NCBI GenBank assembly: GCA_905178155.1
Contig: CAJINV010000008.1
Span: forward strand, 1 to 64,000
DNA length: 64,000 nt
Reading direction: 5' to 3'
Source: Amoebophrya sp. A120
Taxonomy: Eukaryota; Protista; Dinoflagellata
The notes under the pieces are model-generated. The model was not told the DNA's origin. It made no database searches and saw only the letters and a list, made by a program, of their open reading frames with translations. Shown here piece after piece: positions 12,650 to 26,198 of this stretch (within the stretch, counting starts at the first letter, position 1; each line of letters opens with the position of its first letter). Position numbers and translations under genes: made by a program.

Positions 12650-15600
12650 TTAGTCGTCTTCACCAGATTCCTTCTTTTGCCTCAAAATTTCGTCGTATTC
12701 CGAATGCGGGAGCGGCTGGTCGGGCACTGTTAGTGCGGACGTGAATTGCGGATTCATTTCATGCAGGGGGGGCGCAATGTTCTCCGGCCACGCCTCCATT
12801 TCGTCATCTAGGGCAGCGCCTTTCACCTGCACAGAGGTGCCACTTCCAGTGGACGGGGCGATGTGGTACGGTTGTTTCATCAGCCGCCGCGAAGGAGCGC
12901 TGGTGCCAAGAACGCCCCCCGCCGCCGTCCCGTTACTGGAGTTGGTGCTATTTGATTTTGACTCCGGGATCAGATAGCTCGGAGACTGTAGCGCTGGACT
13001 CCGGGCTGCGCTCGTCTTTAATATCACAGGACCACCAGGAGTAGCTCCTCCGGGGTCAAGTTGACGCTGATCTGTTTTTGATGAGGTAAAAACAGTACCA
13101 CCTCGTCCCTCGGTCGTAGTACCTTGATCAAGGTCGTTTGCGTTGCTCAATGTGCTGTCCAGTGCATTGGAATCAACGGGTCGTCGTTGATGTTCCGAGG
13201 TAGTGGTTTTTGCGTCAATCAAGGAAGGCGCAATTTCGTCCTCATCGACGTCAACGTCACCTGCACGACCAGAGCTTGAGTTTGCGGCACCTTGCGAAGC
13301 GGCACTAGTACCAGGCACTGTGCTATCAGAAGGTGCGGCTGTGGATCCTGAGGAAGAGAAGGCAGCTGATGTGGATGATGAGGATGACGAAGCGAACAGA
13401 AGGTCCCGCGACGCAGACGACGGGCTGGAAGATATTTGGCCGCGAATCGCAAGGAGGTCGGGCGCATGATCTTGGTCAATTTTTTCAAAATCAGACCCGG
13501 AGCTCTTGATTTCGATCTTGGCTTCCATTTTCGAGCGTTCGAAAACCTCCTCGATCACTTTGGCCTCCTCAGCATCGTCCTCTTCGTCTTCGTCTTCCAG
13601 AGCAGCATCCTCCCCACTCACACTGGATATGCGCGTGGTCAAGAATTGCTCCGCTTGTTCTTGCGCGGGCAGTTGCTGCTGTTGATCCGCGATTTTTTCG
13701 ATTGCCGGCGGCGCAGTCGGTGTAGTCGGTTTGTTCGCCGCTTGGTTCTGCTTGGTCGCCACGACAAGCGCGTCGGACAATTGCTCCGACTGTGCCCCCT
13801 CTTGTAGCTCGGCGGCGGCAATTTTTCTGGCACTGACGGCGTGTTCGGACACTTCTGTGTCTACTGCCGGAGTCGACATTGCGGATGCCGGAACCACGCC
13901 GATGTCGTCATTTTGCTCATCATCTTCTGCGGACGATGAAGAAGCGCCAGTACTGCTACCTACCCCGAGGAGCATTTTCTTCATCTCTTTACTCGCGGCT
14001 TCGACATCTGTCTCCAAAAGAAGGTCGGGCGCAGGGGGCGCTCCACCGCCCCGAGCGGCGTCCTCGTCCGCTTTCCTGGTAGGGAAATCGCCACCTTGTG
14101 ATGTCACCGCTGGCGTCGAAGCTACTTCCTGATTTTCGTCTACGCTACCTGGTGCCCCCGGTTGCTGGGTTGAAGCACTAGAGGACTGTTGCTCTTTGAT
14201 ATTACTCAGACTGCCTGTAGTACCGGTTGCTGTCCCAGCAGCTGCAAGAAGTGACGCGGTGCCACTCAAAGCTGTAGTTCCTGCGAGCGCGGCTTCTTGC
14301 CGACTGCTGATCGTGCTTCCGGTGGGGCTGTTGGTGCTGAAGTGTAGGCTTTCCGTGTCGCTGAATTCGTGGTCCTCATCCAAGAAGGTCGCGGTCGTGT
14401 GAGTGGGCGCGGTGGGGATGGGGAAGTTCAGAGCCCGCGCCACTTCGCGGTCACTCGAGTGCTGCAATGAGCGGCCCGCGGCCAGCAGTTTGCGGTGGTG
14501 GCAACACTTCCCGATGCCCGGCTTGAGGTGCGGACCGATCAGCAGCGCCCACTGCAGTCGCACGTGCCGCACCTTGTCCGCAGCGAGGTCGCCCAGATTC
14601 GTCAGAAAAAACGACACAAACCGGCGGCTGACAGTGTTGTCCCGGATCAGGGAGTCCACCATCTTCAGATAGGTGATGCGGTTCTGAAAGTTTCCGTCTT
14701 TGAAGGTTTTTCTCAGGTGATTCACGATGCGCTTCGTGCGGAGCGAGAAGTACTTGTTGTTGTAAAAATGATTCATCTTGTTCCCAGACTGTATCGCCGA
14801 ATGTAGTTGTCCGGTTGTAGTTGACGAGGATCCTTTGCCCGTTGGCGTGCTGCCGACGCTCATTGTGGTCGTTGCCATGGTGGTTCTGGGAGAGGGATCA
14901 AATTTGTTAGTCGCGATCATATTACCTCCGCCGCCTCCGCGAGAAGAGGACACCGATGCCGGAGAGTCGCCCGACGATATTGACGAGGCAGGGCCACCAG
15001 CGGTCATGTGATCCGATTCGCCGCTGCTACTCAGTTCGGCACTGATTTTCGACGGTGAGGGGGACGACGCATTGGCACCTCCTGGAATATTAACACCGCC
15101 CCCTCGGGTCGTCGACGAGGAAGTATGTTTTCGTGCCTCTTCGCAGACGGCCTTCAAAACCAGATGGGTGGCGGCTGCTGCTTTGGACCGAACGAGTGCG
15201 ACGCCGTCGTGTAGCAATTTGAGGTACGTGGGGAGCAAGTGAACGAACACCAAGTTGTGGTCGTGGGTGTATTTTTATCCTGTGCAAAAGCATCGTACTC
15301 GTATAAATGCAGGTCTCGTCTTGCATTACAAATCCTGTTCCCAAGGCAAATCTGCATTACAAATTTTATTTCTCATGCTGAGGAAATTTGTAATGCATTT
15401 ATACGAGTACGATACTTTTGCAGATCATAATTTTTCGCAGAGTGCCGGCAAGCTGACCGTGGCGATCAGGTGGCGCAGCCTCCAATTGTCCGTGGATGCC
15501 ATCATGTGCGAGAGGCCCATCAGATACTGCGGATGAACCTCAAACATGCCCACGTGCTTGGCGAGCCCGAGTTTCACGTCGTCGCGGTCCTGCGTGAACT

Positions 15601-18600
15601 TGCGAAACTGCTCTATCAGCTTTTCCTCCATGGAGCACGGCTTAATCTTATCTTGTCCCTGCAAGCTCGTCACTAGAACAAGTGCGTTTGGATTTGCCCG
15701 CTCGGCCGTTGCGATGAGGCCAGCGGTTGCGTTTGACGCCGCGGAAGTTAATGTTTGGCTGGTGCCGACTTCTAGGAGTGGTGGGACTATACCTTGCTCG
15801 ATATCACCCTCCACCATGACGTCAGGGTCCTGATCGGGCTCTGAGTCATCTATTTTTCCGTTTGCCTGCTTCGAAGATGACGAGGTACCCGCGTCATTTG
15901 TTTTGCAGCTGCTGATAGTTGCGTTACTTTCGTTCTCGTTGGTATTTGCAAGGTCGTTCTCGACGACGTTCTTCGCCTTGGTTGCAGCCTTGTCAGCACC
16001 GTCAGGACCTTTGCTTGTTCCATCATCGAGCTTCTTTTGGACGTTATGATCCTTGTCATGCTCGGCGGAACTGTCTCCGCCGTTTGCCGTTTGTCCTTGA
16101 CCACCGCCTCCACCGTGGACCAGCGCTAGTTTCTCGGCCTCGGTGTTGAAGCAACGTCCTATTTTCCACAACGAGCAGGCCACAGCCTGTCTTGTCCGCA
16201 ACTCTTTGGATTCGCATAGCGAGAAGAAAAAGCTCTGGAATTCGGCGTAGCGATCAGGTTTTAGGGGCAAAATGGCTTCCAGGACGGCGGAAAAGGTGAA
16301 CGCGAGGTGATAACGCACTTCGTTATGCTGTGCGTTGTTCGCGCCATTGGCCGGCCCGTGGCCTGCTGCAGAAGAGGTTGATGGACCCGTGGTACTTAGT
16401 GTTTCGAAATAATACCCGATCAGTTCGTCGGCCTCGTCAACCGCTTCCTTGCCACCAAACTTCTGTAGCGCGAACTGGTAAAAGAAGAAGTGTTAGTGTT
16501 TTTGAAAAATCGCGTCGCTTTGTTTCAAGTAGTCTTTACTACGAACAACTCCTCATTCACGAGCGCTCCTGTCCTGTTTGCGCAGCGAAGGCCTCCACAG
16601 GGATTACGCTTCGCAGCAACGCATGACTATGAAATAGTAGAATTTGATTTTGATGCACAGTTAAATGTAAACATAGTATTTTTACCAAGATGTAGCCCAT
16701 GTTCTGACACAGCGCGAGGTGCACCCAGCGATTCTGGTCGTTGTAGAGCCGCTTGGCGATGCGGATACACTCCGGGTATTTCTTGGAGGTTTCGATCATG
16801 AGGGGCAGCTGCTCGCTTCCACACCGGCGCACGGTGTAGTTCACGTCTTCGCAGAGACGTTCGAACGTTTCAAACAGGCGGCTGCCACAGAATTTCTCGC
16901 CGGCGCAGTGGGCCACGTCCTTCATGTTGAGCAGCACGGCCTTGCGCACCGCCGCCTTCTGATCCTCCCCGAGGGCGATCAACTGAATGGCACAGAACTC
17001 CACGCACAGCTCCTTCGTCAGAGTCGGCGCCAGGCCATTGAGGAGGAAGGCGGACATGGCCCGGGCCTCCTCGTCGCTGTCGTTGGAGAGGGAAAGGACG
17101 GTCCGCAGCGCGTAATCGGTCCGCTCCTGCAAGCGCAGGTGGGAACTCAGGACGAGGAGGGCCTCCGCGGCGTCCTGTCGGGTTTCCTTGTAGACGGGGT
17201 CGAGCAGCAGAGTTGGAAACACGGGCACCAGGGTGGCTAGTACGTAGGCGTATCCGACCTCGGGGTTGCTCTGAATCAGGAACCCGGCCAGATCGCCGAA
17301 CTGCAACAAAATCTGCTTCCGCACTTCCGCCTCGGCATCCCAGGCGAGCTTGGACAGGTAGGGCTGGATCAGGTGCTGGTACGCGGTTTCGCAGGACACC
17401 ATCTGGTAGCACAACGAGGTATATCAACTGCAAAAATGTCTGGGTCTGGAAGAATGCCAGACTTGTCATGCAGGTTTTCCATGACCCATGAGGTCTGGTA
17501 TGTGGGACGTAGCATGACAGATTCTGCGAGAGTTCTATCATGCCTATCCTGCATGAGAGTCTGCGTCTCGATTAGGGCTAAAGTGGACAGCTTTTGGTAA
17601 TCACGCAACACAGATTTTTACATGATTCCAATTTAGCATGACAAGTTGCTTTGATGTTCCAGACCCAGTCATATTTGCATTTGATAAGGTGATTTCCTTC
17701 CCGAACACGACCCTCTGGACCGCGAGCTGACTATGGAAGCGTCAGGATTGAAATCGACAAAGTTGAAATATTTTCTCATGCACAAACTGCAAGGCATGAG
17801 GTGCCTCTCTTGCACGGATGGCAAGTGAGGCCGACTGTCAGCCTGTTTGGGGTGTGCGGTAGAGCTGCCAAAGCAGCACTACAAAAGACGCCTTCTGTCC
17901 CTAAACAGCATGACAAACTGGATTGAGGCGGTGCCGAAATTTGTCATGCGCCGCCTGGGAATTGGGCTTCCAACTGGTATCGATTTTGTGCATGACAAAC
18001 TATTTCAACTTTGACGATTTCAATCCTGACGCTCCCATACTGACTGTTCGCAAAGTACCGGGCGCGTTCCAGCATCGCGGTCAGCATCTGCTCCTTCGTC
18101 TGGGGCTGGTCCTTCAGCTCGCCGCTGGTGGCCCCCCCAAGAGCCGAAGACGACCCCGAGTTGTTCGTCGATCCATGTTGATTTGTCGTGTTAGATGCAC
18201 CTCCTGCTCCATGATGATCAGAGGGCGAGGAACTAGTACCCTCGCCGTAAGAACCAGACAAGTTGCCTCCACCGCCACTGGGTGGTCCAGCACCTCCCCC
18301 TCCGAGGGACGACGTCTGGTGCAGCCCACTGCCGTTATTTCTACTGCTGCCGCTGCCGCCACTGATAGCCGAGAGGAAATTCGACGCGCCAGACGAGGTC
18401 GTCGCGGACGTCGTGCTTGACGAGAACAACCCGCTGAGTGGCGCGGGGAGTTGGAAGGAAGAGCTCGAAGAACTGCTAGTTAATGTGGTCCCACCCGCAT
18501 TGTACGAAGAGGATCTGTTGTGCGCGGAAGAGCTAGAGCCGCTTGACGGGGCGCTGCCGCCCGCGGTCCCGTTTCTGTTTTTCGTTCCCTTGTTGCTCGA

Positions 18601-18699
18601 TGGCACGGGGAGAAAATGGCCCCCACCGGCACGCACAGCACTCCCACTCGCGGAAGTTGGGTCTCTACTTCCGGAGGAACCACGCCCGAAAAGATTCAT
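12650..18699 (-). CDS. HEAT-repeat phosphatase regulatory subunit (PP4R1 / PP2A-A-like) with low-complexity termini
   Basis: HEAT motifs (LAWDAEAEVR, LSNDSDEEAR, LGEDQKAAVRKA, LCEDVNYTVR, DNWRLR, LAADKVRHVR). Joins: FANSQ|LAVQR, EITS|LCYQ, GYIL|FALQ (GT-AG intron 16685-16475) and CEK|YTHD. Confidence 0.8.
15276..15429. mobile_element. Introner family C (154 bp)
   Basis: tatcctgtgcaaaagcatcgtactcgtataaatgca ... tgcatttatacgagtacgatacttttgcagatcata; perfect DR atttt; removal restores frame. Confidence 0.94.
17422..17686. mobile_element. Introner family A (265 bp)
   Basis: tatcaactgcaaaaatgtctgggtctggaa ... ttccagacccagtcatatttgcatttgata; flanks aggta/aggtg. Confidence 0.92.
17732..18039. mobile_element. 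Introner family D (308 bp), single copy in window
   Basis: 39-bp TIR (37/39) tatggaagcgtcaggattgaaatcgacaaagttgaaata; perfect DR ctgac; internal gcatgacaa and ttgtcatgc motifs; removal restores frame. Confidence 0.92.
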
Positions 18700-20128
18700 C
18701 TGCTGAGCTCTTCAATTTTAAGAACGCAATTCTTGATCTTGTCCCATGTCCGTTCGACGAGTCCTCGCAGGAGTAGTGTGCTGTAGTTCTCAACAGCGTG
18801 AAGGAATGTTAGTGTTACTGCAAGCTAAATAAAATAAAAATACGTAAGTACTATCCAGACGGAGATGGATCATGGCCACTCGCGGCTTTAGTAATGGTGC
18901 ACTCAATTTCTTCGCACTCCTTCGGGTACCCGGATGTTCTTTCTCACAACAGAACTACACAGGGAAACAACTACATGTACATATAATAAAAATGACATGA
19001 AGGTGGAGAGCTAGAATCCTCACAAGCGCAGCGCCAAAATCACAGGGCAAAGATACAACGCTTGCCTCATTGTTGTTGTAGTAGAACAGGAGTAAAGAAG
19101 CCTCATCCACAGACAGAGAGAAGGCACCAGAGGAGGACGCTTTCGTGCATAGAGAGATGGCACAAGTATCCGATAGTACCAGCAGACCGAATAGGAACAC
19201 ATAAATATCCCTCCTCTATGTCCGACGTCCTTTTTTATTTTTTGTGCAACTGTACTTCTTACACATACACACCCAACTCAAACAGTAGACACACGCTCGT
19301 GCTAGCTCGAAGTTTCAATTTCTCGTCCGGTATCGGTTCTGCTTCTGATCATCAAGGAGGACGAAAATAAAGACGCAACTTTCTTTCATCTTCTAAAAAA
19401 TCGACAAAGTAGCACCGAAGGACACTCTTGGTTCCAGTACTATCCAAGATCTTCCCTAGTGTGAAAAGCAAACCTTGGTACACAGTGGGATGCATCACGA
19501 CTCTCCTCCTGGTGTTGTGCAACCAATACTTACATTTTTTCAACAGTACTTTATCAAGTGCGCTGCCCAGAAAAGGCCTGTAGCACAGCTACTTGCGAGA
19601 ATGTTCAGCGCACTTCTTTGGCTCCTGAATTCGTGGTGTCGAAAGTAGAAACTATATATCAACTTCCGTTCCCGTAGTTCTCGTCGGCAAAGTTGTAGTT
19701 CACTTCAACAAAAACAAAAAATTGGCTCTGAACTACCTTGTTCTAGCTTCTTCAATCCAATAAAGCTTTCGCGAGGACAGTCGACTTAGCATGTAGCACC
19801 TTGCGTGCTGGTGCTGTGCGTCACAGACGAGGGGAGCAGACCCGTTCATGTGCCTTCTACTGCAGTTTTTGATTTTCTCCACCTCTGGTGGTCCGGCAAA
19901 GGGTATGCACATGCGGCTACACCACATACGATTTTTATATACACAAAAGCTCAACGAGTCAACGTCATCAACTGTACTAGTACTAAGTGTAAACCTGATT
20001 GAAAAAGAAACTTAAAGAAGTAGTAATTGTCACAGTAGAAGCGCGATATGGAGTTCGGAACGAACAAGGTGCTGCAATTTTTGAAAATTGAATTGAAAAA
20101 GTCTTCACGCGTCGGATGCAGCTTTTCT

Positions 20129-20999
20129 TCATCTGCGTTGGCGCTTCGCCTCATGGCGGCCCGTGTCACCGTACTTCTGAAGATCCCGGGTGTCGTAGTC
20201 AAAAGTCTCGAATTTTCTGCCTTTGTACTCGTCTTTGTCTCTGCCGCCTCGGGTATCAAATGCAGATATGTCTGAGTCATCTGGAAGATTGCAAGATTTC
20301 TCATGCACATCTTGCATGATGCATGACGTCCGTGATGCATGTTGCCCTAGCATCACAGGTTTTGTGAGGGGTTCCTGATGCCTATACCGCATGAGAAATA
20401 CCTATATATTTATAATACCCCTCCGCGTACTAGCAAGAACTGCGCTCCTCTGGCTCCTCACGCAATACAGATTTTTGTTTTTCTTTTTGCAGCATCCAAA
20501 GGCAGCATTACAAGTTCCAACCTTCCAGACCCAGACATATTTGCATTTCATATGGGGCCCTGCTAGCTCCATCTTTAGGATGGCAGTAGTCGCGGTCATC
20601 GTAGGTCAGACGGCTTTCAGGTTTTGAAGCTGGTGGCGTGCGGTATTGGAACCGAGGCACCCACAGGGGAATAGCACAAAACCGATCGCCGCGGCGGTTC
20701 TTGGTCAAGTTGAACCGGACCCAGTCACCCTCCTTCAACCCGGTCGGTCGCAAGACCCGATCGTGAATGAAGACGTCTTCTAGGTTTTCGGTCTTGGGGC
20801 CTTTCGTGACTCGGAGGAAGCCGTTGTTGGACCAGTTCAGGACGCGGTTCACCTGACCTTCGAACACGCCCGGGGTTTTCGCGGAAGAAGTCCCGTCCTG
20901 GATCCCTTTCGGATCTCCTAACAACAGCCAGTCCGCCGTCTCCAGCCAGGAGGGACGCTCCGTGCTCGCCGCTCGCCAATACCCGTCGTTTTTTTCCAT
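20129..20999 (-). CDS. Cold-shock/OB-fold domain coding segment (own gene, or last exons of the upstream multi-domain gene)
   Basis: FEGQV...NNGFLRV...EDVFIHDRVL..TGLKEGDWVRFNL matches the CSD RNP1/RNP2-like pattern; continues in frame across element 20254-20552 to ...AKRQRR*. Confidence 0.7.
20254..20552. mobile_element. Introner family A (299 bp)
   Basis: tatcaaatgcagatatgtctgag ... ccagacccagacatatttgcatttcata; flanks tcggg/tgggg; removal restores frame. Confidence 0.9.
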
Positions 21000-21199
21000 A
21001 CCCGACCTGTGCTTGTTCTTGTTGTGCTTTGTCTTCACAATGGAATCAGATGTATGAAGAAGAAGCCACTTTTTTTGCACTTCCTCGACTTTAAGACTTT
21101 ATGTGAATTATGCACAAGTAGAACCTCGTCCTTTCTGTGTAGTAAGTGTAGCGATTTTAGTGCTACATACTTTATTGAGGAACCCGAAGAAATTTTAGT

Positions 21200-23470
21200 T
21201 TAGGTCTTTTTTTGAAGAATCAAATTATATGAGTACGGGGTCTTCAGTCCCTGCTTCGACTTGTCCGGTCGTTCGATCGGGATGCCTGCCGCTGGCCTCT
21301 TCATATTGACGTGGTCACGCGAGCTTCTTTCGGCGCCGAACCCCCGCTCGCGTTCTCGTTCCCGTTCCGCCCGACCGCCACCTCGTTCCCGTTCGTATTG
21401 CTCGATGGCTCTTGCTCCGAGATCGTCCGTGATGCGCACGCCCCGACCCTCTGCTATGAGGTCGTAGTTGTTTCTTTCCGTCTATGCACCCGCAAACATG
21501 TTAGGAAATGTTGAACAACTGAGAACGTCGGCAAACAGACGTCGGTGGCCTGGAGCCACAGCCATGCGCGCCGTATTCTTTTTTGTGCGCATTGCGCTTG
21601 CGCATGAATTGAAGGCAAGTCGCGTGTTTGCATGACGAAAAAGTAGACCCATTGCGTCAGAACCAGAGCAAGACCTCCAGTCAGGCCGAATAGGTAATAA
21701 ATATGTCAGCCGGAGGACGAGAAAAGCATCTCGATCTTAACAGTCCCCAGAACGTTATTCTTCCACACCCGAACACATTTGCATGTGATACATTCAGAGG
21801 AACCTCGCCCTTCTCCCGGCAACGAATCCAGAAAGGGGTGCTAATACCATTGCGCATCAGGCTTGCGTCTTCGTCCACACAGAAGGCCAGTTCGTCTGCT
21901 ACCCGAATGCCAGTAGTTCCGACGTCATCCTTCGACACAAAAGGGCCTCTATTGACGCAAAACTACTCCGAGTCAACTTACTTTTTCTGTACGCATGAAG
22001 ATCAACTCTATGGTCTTCTGTATCCGCTTTCGCAAAGGAAGGTGATGCAAGCCACCATGCAAAACCAGTGAAAGAATTTGAATTGACTCGAAGTAGTTGT
22101 ATATGTTTTCTGTGACATAATCCTCGTTAGTCATCGCGACACATTTCTTGGAAAACACGAAGCACGCCTGCGTCTTGCTTTTCTTGTAGACGTGTCCGAC
22201 AAAGTCGCCGAAACGCGGAATCCTGCCGCGCCCTTCCCATTTTTCCTGGAGTGAGTTGTAGTTGTGTCATTGAGTGTTAGTGTAGCGCAGTCAGCTTTGG
22301 TGAAGGGGCCCAAATTCGTATGGCCAAGCATTTTCATTCAACGTTTCTTGTTGCAAGAACCCACGGGCCAAGTGTCTGGAAACGCTGCGGCTGGAGCTGC
22401 CGCTGCTCGAACTCGATAAGAAAAAGTACTTAAAAAGTCGAAATTGCAGTCGTCGTCCACCGAAGCACAAGCTTGCTGTGGTTCCAGCTGTGAAAAGAGA
22501 CGCTATTTCCCCCCCCCCCGGTATTGGCTAATAACACACAACTTGAACTTTCTCTTTATTCTGACCCCGACGTCGTCCGATGAGCACTCTTGCGTTGCCC
22601 AACCTGCAGCAGGCGTCAGCTGCACTGGTACTAACACAGTGGCAAGCCAAGCTTGCTCAATACCAACTTGAAAAACAGAAAAACAAAACCCTCCATGGCT
22701 AAGCAGCCTGAACAAGCGCAAACGTGCTTTTCGTGCCTTTTGTAGGAGCGGCGCTTTTTGCTGTTGCATTGATACCCAAGCAACGGCATCATGATCCGCA
22801 CCAGCAATACCGGCATCTGGACGAGCAAGCAGCGACGTTACCAGGGGCAAGAACGTAAGTTGTACTGGCAGAATGCGTAAAGCCAAGCTGATCTGAAATG
22901 CATATGCATCATGAAAAGTACCGCTTCTCGGGTGCTCCAGCCGATTCTCCAAATGGGCTTTTTCGAGTCCGCCAGTTGCCAGCCCTCGCCATTGTGAAAA
23001 ATATTGACCGCCAGAATGTCCCCCGCCTTCAATTCGTACTTCGCCAGGGCTGTGTTTTCTACGAAGATCATGCGCTCCTTGGAAAAGGCATCCTGGGTTT
23101 CATCGAAGGCCTCCAAGTAGTTCTTTTTGCGCGGCGCTCGGTCGCGGGCTCCGCCGCGGCGGGCCCTTCCCGTCTCGTCCTCTTCGTCCGGGTCCTCTGC
23201 TGTCGGAGCAATCGCCTGATGGACTACCGTATGGTCCCCGTCTGGTGTTAAATGGTCTGACACGCGCCCAACGAGCACCGTCTCCGGGTCGCAGATCTTT
23301 GCTCTATCGTAGTCCGGCGCGTTTTCTTTTTCCTCGGCGAGCCGCAGCCGCTGTTTGCGGTTTTCCGATTGCAGCTTATAGTAGGCCGATTCCGCTGCTG
23401 GATGCCGATCAGTACCGCCAAGCTGTGGCTCTATCATCTCGAAAAACGTAATAGCTCGGCCCATTTTCAT
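21200..23470 (-). CDS. Exons of an uncharacterised protein with degenerate OB/CSD-like units
   Basis: ORFs 22838-23470 (IFVENTALAKYELKAGDILAVNIFHNGEG...KPIW), 21681-21938 (GIRVADELAFCV...STPFW) and 21200-21439 (RE-rich); exon joins not resolved. Confidence 0.5.
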
Positions 23471-23601
23471 TTAGCTAATATTCGAACGCGATCGCGAATA
23501 TAGAAGAAGAAGAAATACAAAACATGAAAAGACACTTTTGCACAACATTGCTCCGTTTACTTGTGTCTGCGTAAAAGAGTCGATATTTTTTCAGAGTACG
23601 T

Positions 23602-26198
23602 CTACGTTTCTAATATCGGGTGCTGAAGACGCTCACGCGTCGCACAAGATTCCAACAGGTCCATGAGAGTCACGAGTTCCAGACCACAGCAAGAGCAGCG
23701 ATATTTGGTGCCGACGGGGCAAGGAGCATCCGCTTCTCCTTGCGCCGTCCGTCCCCCTAGTAAAAATGGTGCGTTTATTATTTCAATGTGTATAATCACG
23801 ACCGAGTCCTGCCACGTTTTTCCACATGATAGGGCGCTCGATATGGTCGCTAGAAAAAACAGGCCGCTTCGACGGAGAGCGGCGCCGTCGCGCTGGGCCG
23901 CCTCGGGTATAGGTCAGGTCGCGGACCCGTTCGAGAGAAGCGTCTTTCTTATCATGGCGGTCTCGCCTGGCATCCCCGTAGTTCGCGGCTGCGTCTCTAC
24001 TGCTGCCCGCGTCTTCACGCCCGCTTTGGTGCAGCCTGAGGGGGCTCCTGCCTCTGTCTTCACGACCCCTGTCCCCACGGCTGCTGGCGTTGTCAACAAC
24101 ACTCGTGCTCTTAGCTGAGGCCGCACCCCCGGTAACATCACCGGCTGTGGTCTCTTTCCTGGTTGCCAAGAGATCTTGGTGATGGTGAAAAGCTTGTTGA
24201 CGATTCGAAACACTCATGGGGTGCTCCGCATACTGGGCCTTTCCCTTCGACGACTTCCCGCCTCCCTTCAGAGAGGATGGGTCATTGTACTGTCGAGCAT
24301 GCGGAACATACCCAGGCCGCTCTAGAGGCTTATCGTCGTCGTGAGTGTTCAGGCTAGTTCCGCCACGCGGTCGCGCGCCTCCGTCTTCATACCTTTCTGG
24401 GCGCTTAGATGGGGACCTCGGATTTCGCCGCTTATCCTTATGGTCGCGAGACAAGCCGTCATAGTACCTATCTGTTTGAGGAGCAGCTGCATAGCCGTTG
24501 CGGTCGCCTCGCCGGCGCTCCCGCGAGCTCCGGTCCGCCTCACGAGGAGCTTTGTCCGGCTTTGAAGTAGAGCCTGCCGTGCCAGATCGATCTTTTTCTT
24601 TATTTTCAGTAGACGAAGGCGGTGCATCTGCATTGAAATTGCTTGCATTGCCACTCGAGCCTCCTCCGCCAACATCATCCGTTTTGCTACCCTCCACTTT
24701 CTCCTTGATGACATTGTGTTTGGCAATAACCCCGTCAAGCATTGTAAGTTTGTCCGTCTCTGAAAGGTCCGCCCTACCCATAATGGCAGCCACCAAAACT
24801 GAAAGCTCTTGCGCCTTCGGTTTACCGTTTTCCACCTCGCTGCCAACATCGGGTTCGTGAGTTGTGGTTTCTGCTTTGCGGGGAATGTCACGAACCTTGG
24901 ATGGCCCCGGCTTTCGCGGGCCCCGATCCGGAATTTTACTGGGTTCCCGCCGGTGTCGAGGCGGGGGCCGCTCTAGTTCCCGTCGCTCGCGGTGAGCGCT
25001 ACCTGCATTTGTGCATTTTGCAGATTCGGACTAGACAGACGAGGAACACTATTCCTGTGTGTCTGATGCGATCATAAAGTTTCTGGATGAAGAGGGCATG
25101 AGCGACGATCCCGAAGGAAAAATTAAAGATGACGAGAGTGTTATAACGCATAAATGCTTTGTAGTAACTGTATGTAAGTGAATCTGAATACAAACAACTC
25201 ATTGGAGTGTGATAAGTACGTTGCTCGCGCTCTCGTGCCCTGCTCCTTTCTGCTTCGCGGTCTGGGTCCCTTTTCTTGTCGTTGTCTTTGTCTGGTCGAT
25301 CGCGATCCTTGTCGTACCGATCGCGATCCTTGTCGTACCGATCACGATCCTTGTCGTACCGATCGCGATCCTTGTGGTCGTCTCTGTCGCGGTCTTTGTC
25401 TTGCCGATCGCGGTCCTTGTGGCCCTCCCGGTCGCGGTCTTTGTTTTGCCGATCGCGCTCTTTGTTGTCTTGCCGATCTTCGCGCCGGTCCTTGTTGTGG
25501 TCTTCTCGGTGGTCAGCACGGTCTCTATAGTTTTGCCGGTCGCGGTTGTTGCGGTCATCTTGCCGCTCGCGGTCGCTATGGTCGTGCCGATCGCGGTCGT
25601 CATGGTGCCCTACTTGGTGATCGCGGTGGTCTTGGCGGTCGCGGTCTTTGTTGTAATCTTTATCTTGCCGATTCCGGTCCCTCTGATCTCGCCGATCGCG
25701 GTCCTTAATATGGTCGTACCGATCATCGCAGCTCTTGCGTTTCTCTTGCATATTACTTAGGGGCGGCTCGTCCTTCTCTGCCGTGGTATACAACGTATGG
25801 GTATGAGCATTTGTTGTATCAGCTGGAGCTGCAACAGCCTCGTTGTCTTCCTTACCTTCTAGCTCCAGCGCTTTTCTGAACAATGCGGCGCAGGATTTTT
25901 CGGGACTTGTCCCTTCGCAGAGCAGCCGCCATATCACCGGCGACGGTTCTTTGTTTTTCATGTTGTCCTGTTGCTCGCTGGAAGGGTCAGCGTCAAGCGG
26001 AAGCGAGATTGTTGGCAATTGAAAATCACTTCTGCTTGAAGTGATTAGATCGCCTCGCCTCACATCGTGCAGAAGTCTTGGCGTGATGTTTTGCAGGGAA
26101 ACTTTGTCCGTACAGCCCGGCCTCCAACCGTACGCTTGTTCGCTATCGGTGGGAAAGATCTTGGGGTCAGGAATAAAATCAATGCCGACCTCGTCCAA
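23602..26198 (-). CDS. Exons of an RD/RS-rich uncharacterised protein
   Basis: ORF 24999-26198 splices in frame to ORF 23783-24835 via a GT-AG intron at 25219-25003; probable next exon carries YRCSCCG (23602-23757). Confidence 0.65.
25297..25375. repeat. 21-bp coding tandem repeat (~3.7 copies) encoding DRYDKDR, within a longer degenerate RD repeat extending to ~25720
   Basis: Unit cgatcgcgatccttgtcgtac repeated with a single substitution. Confidence 0.85.
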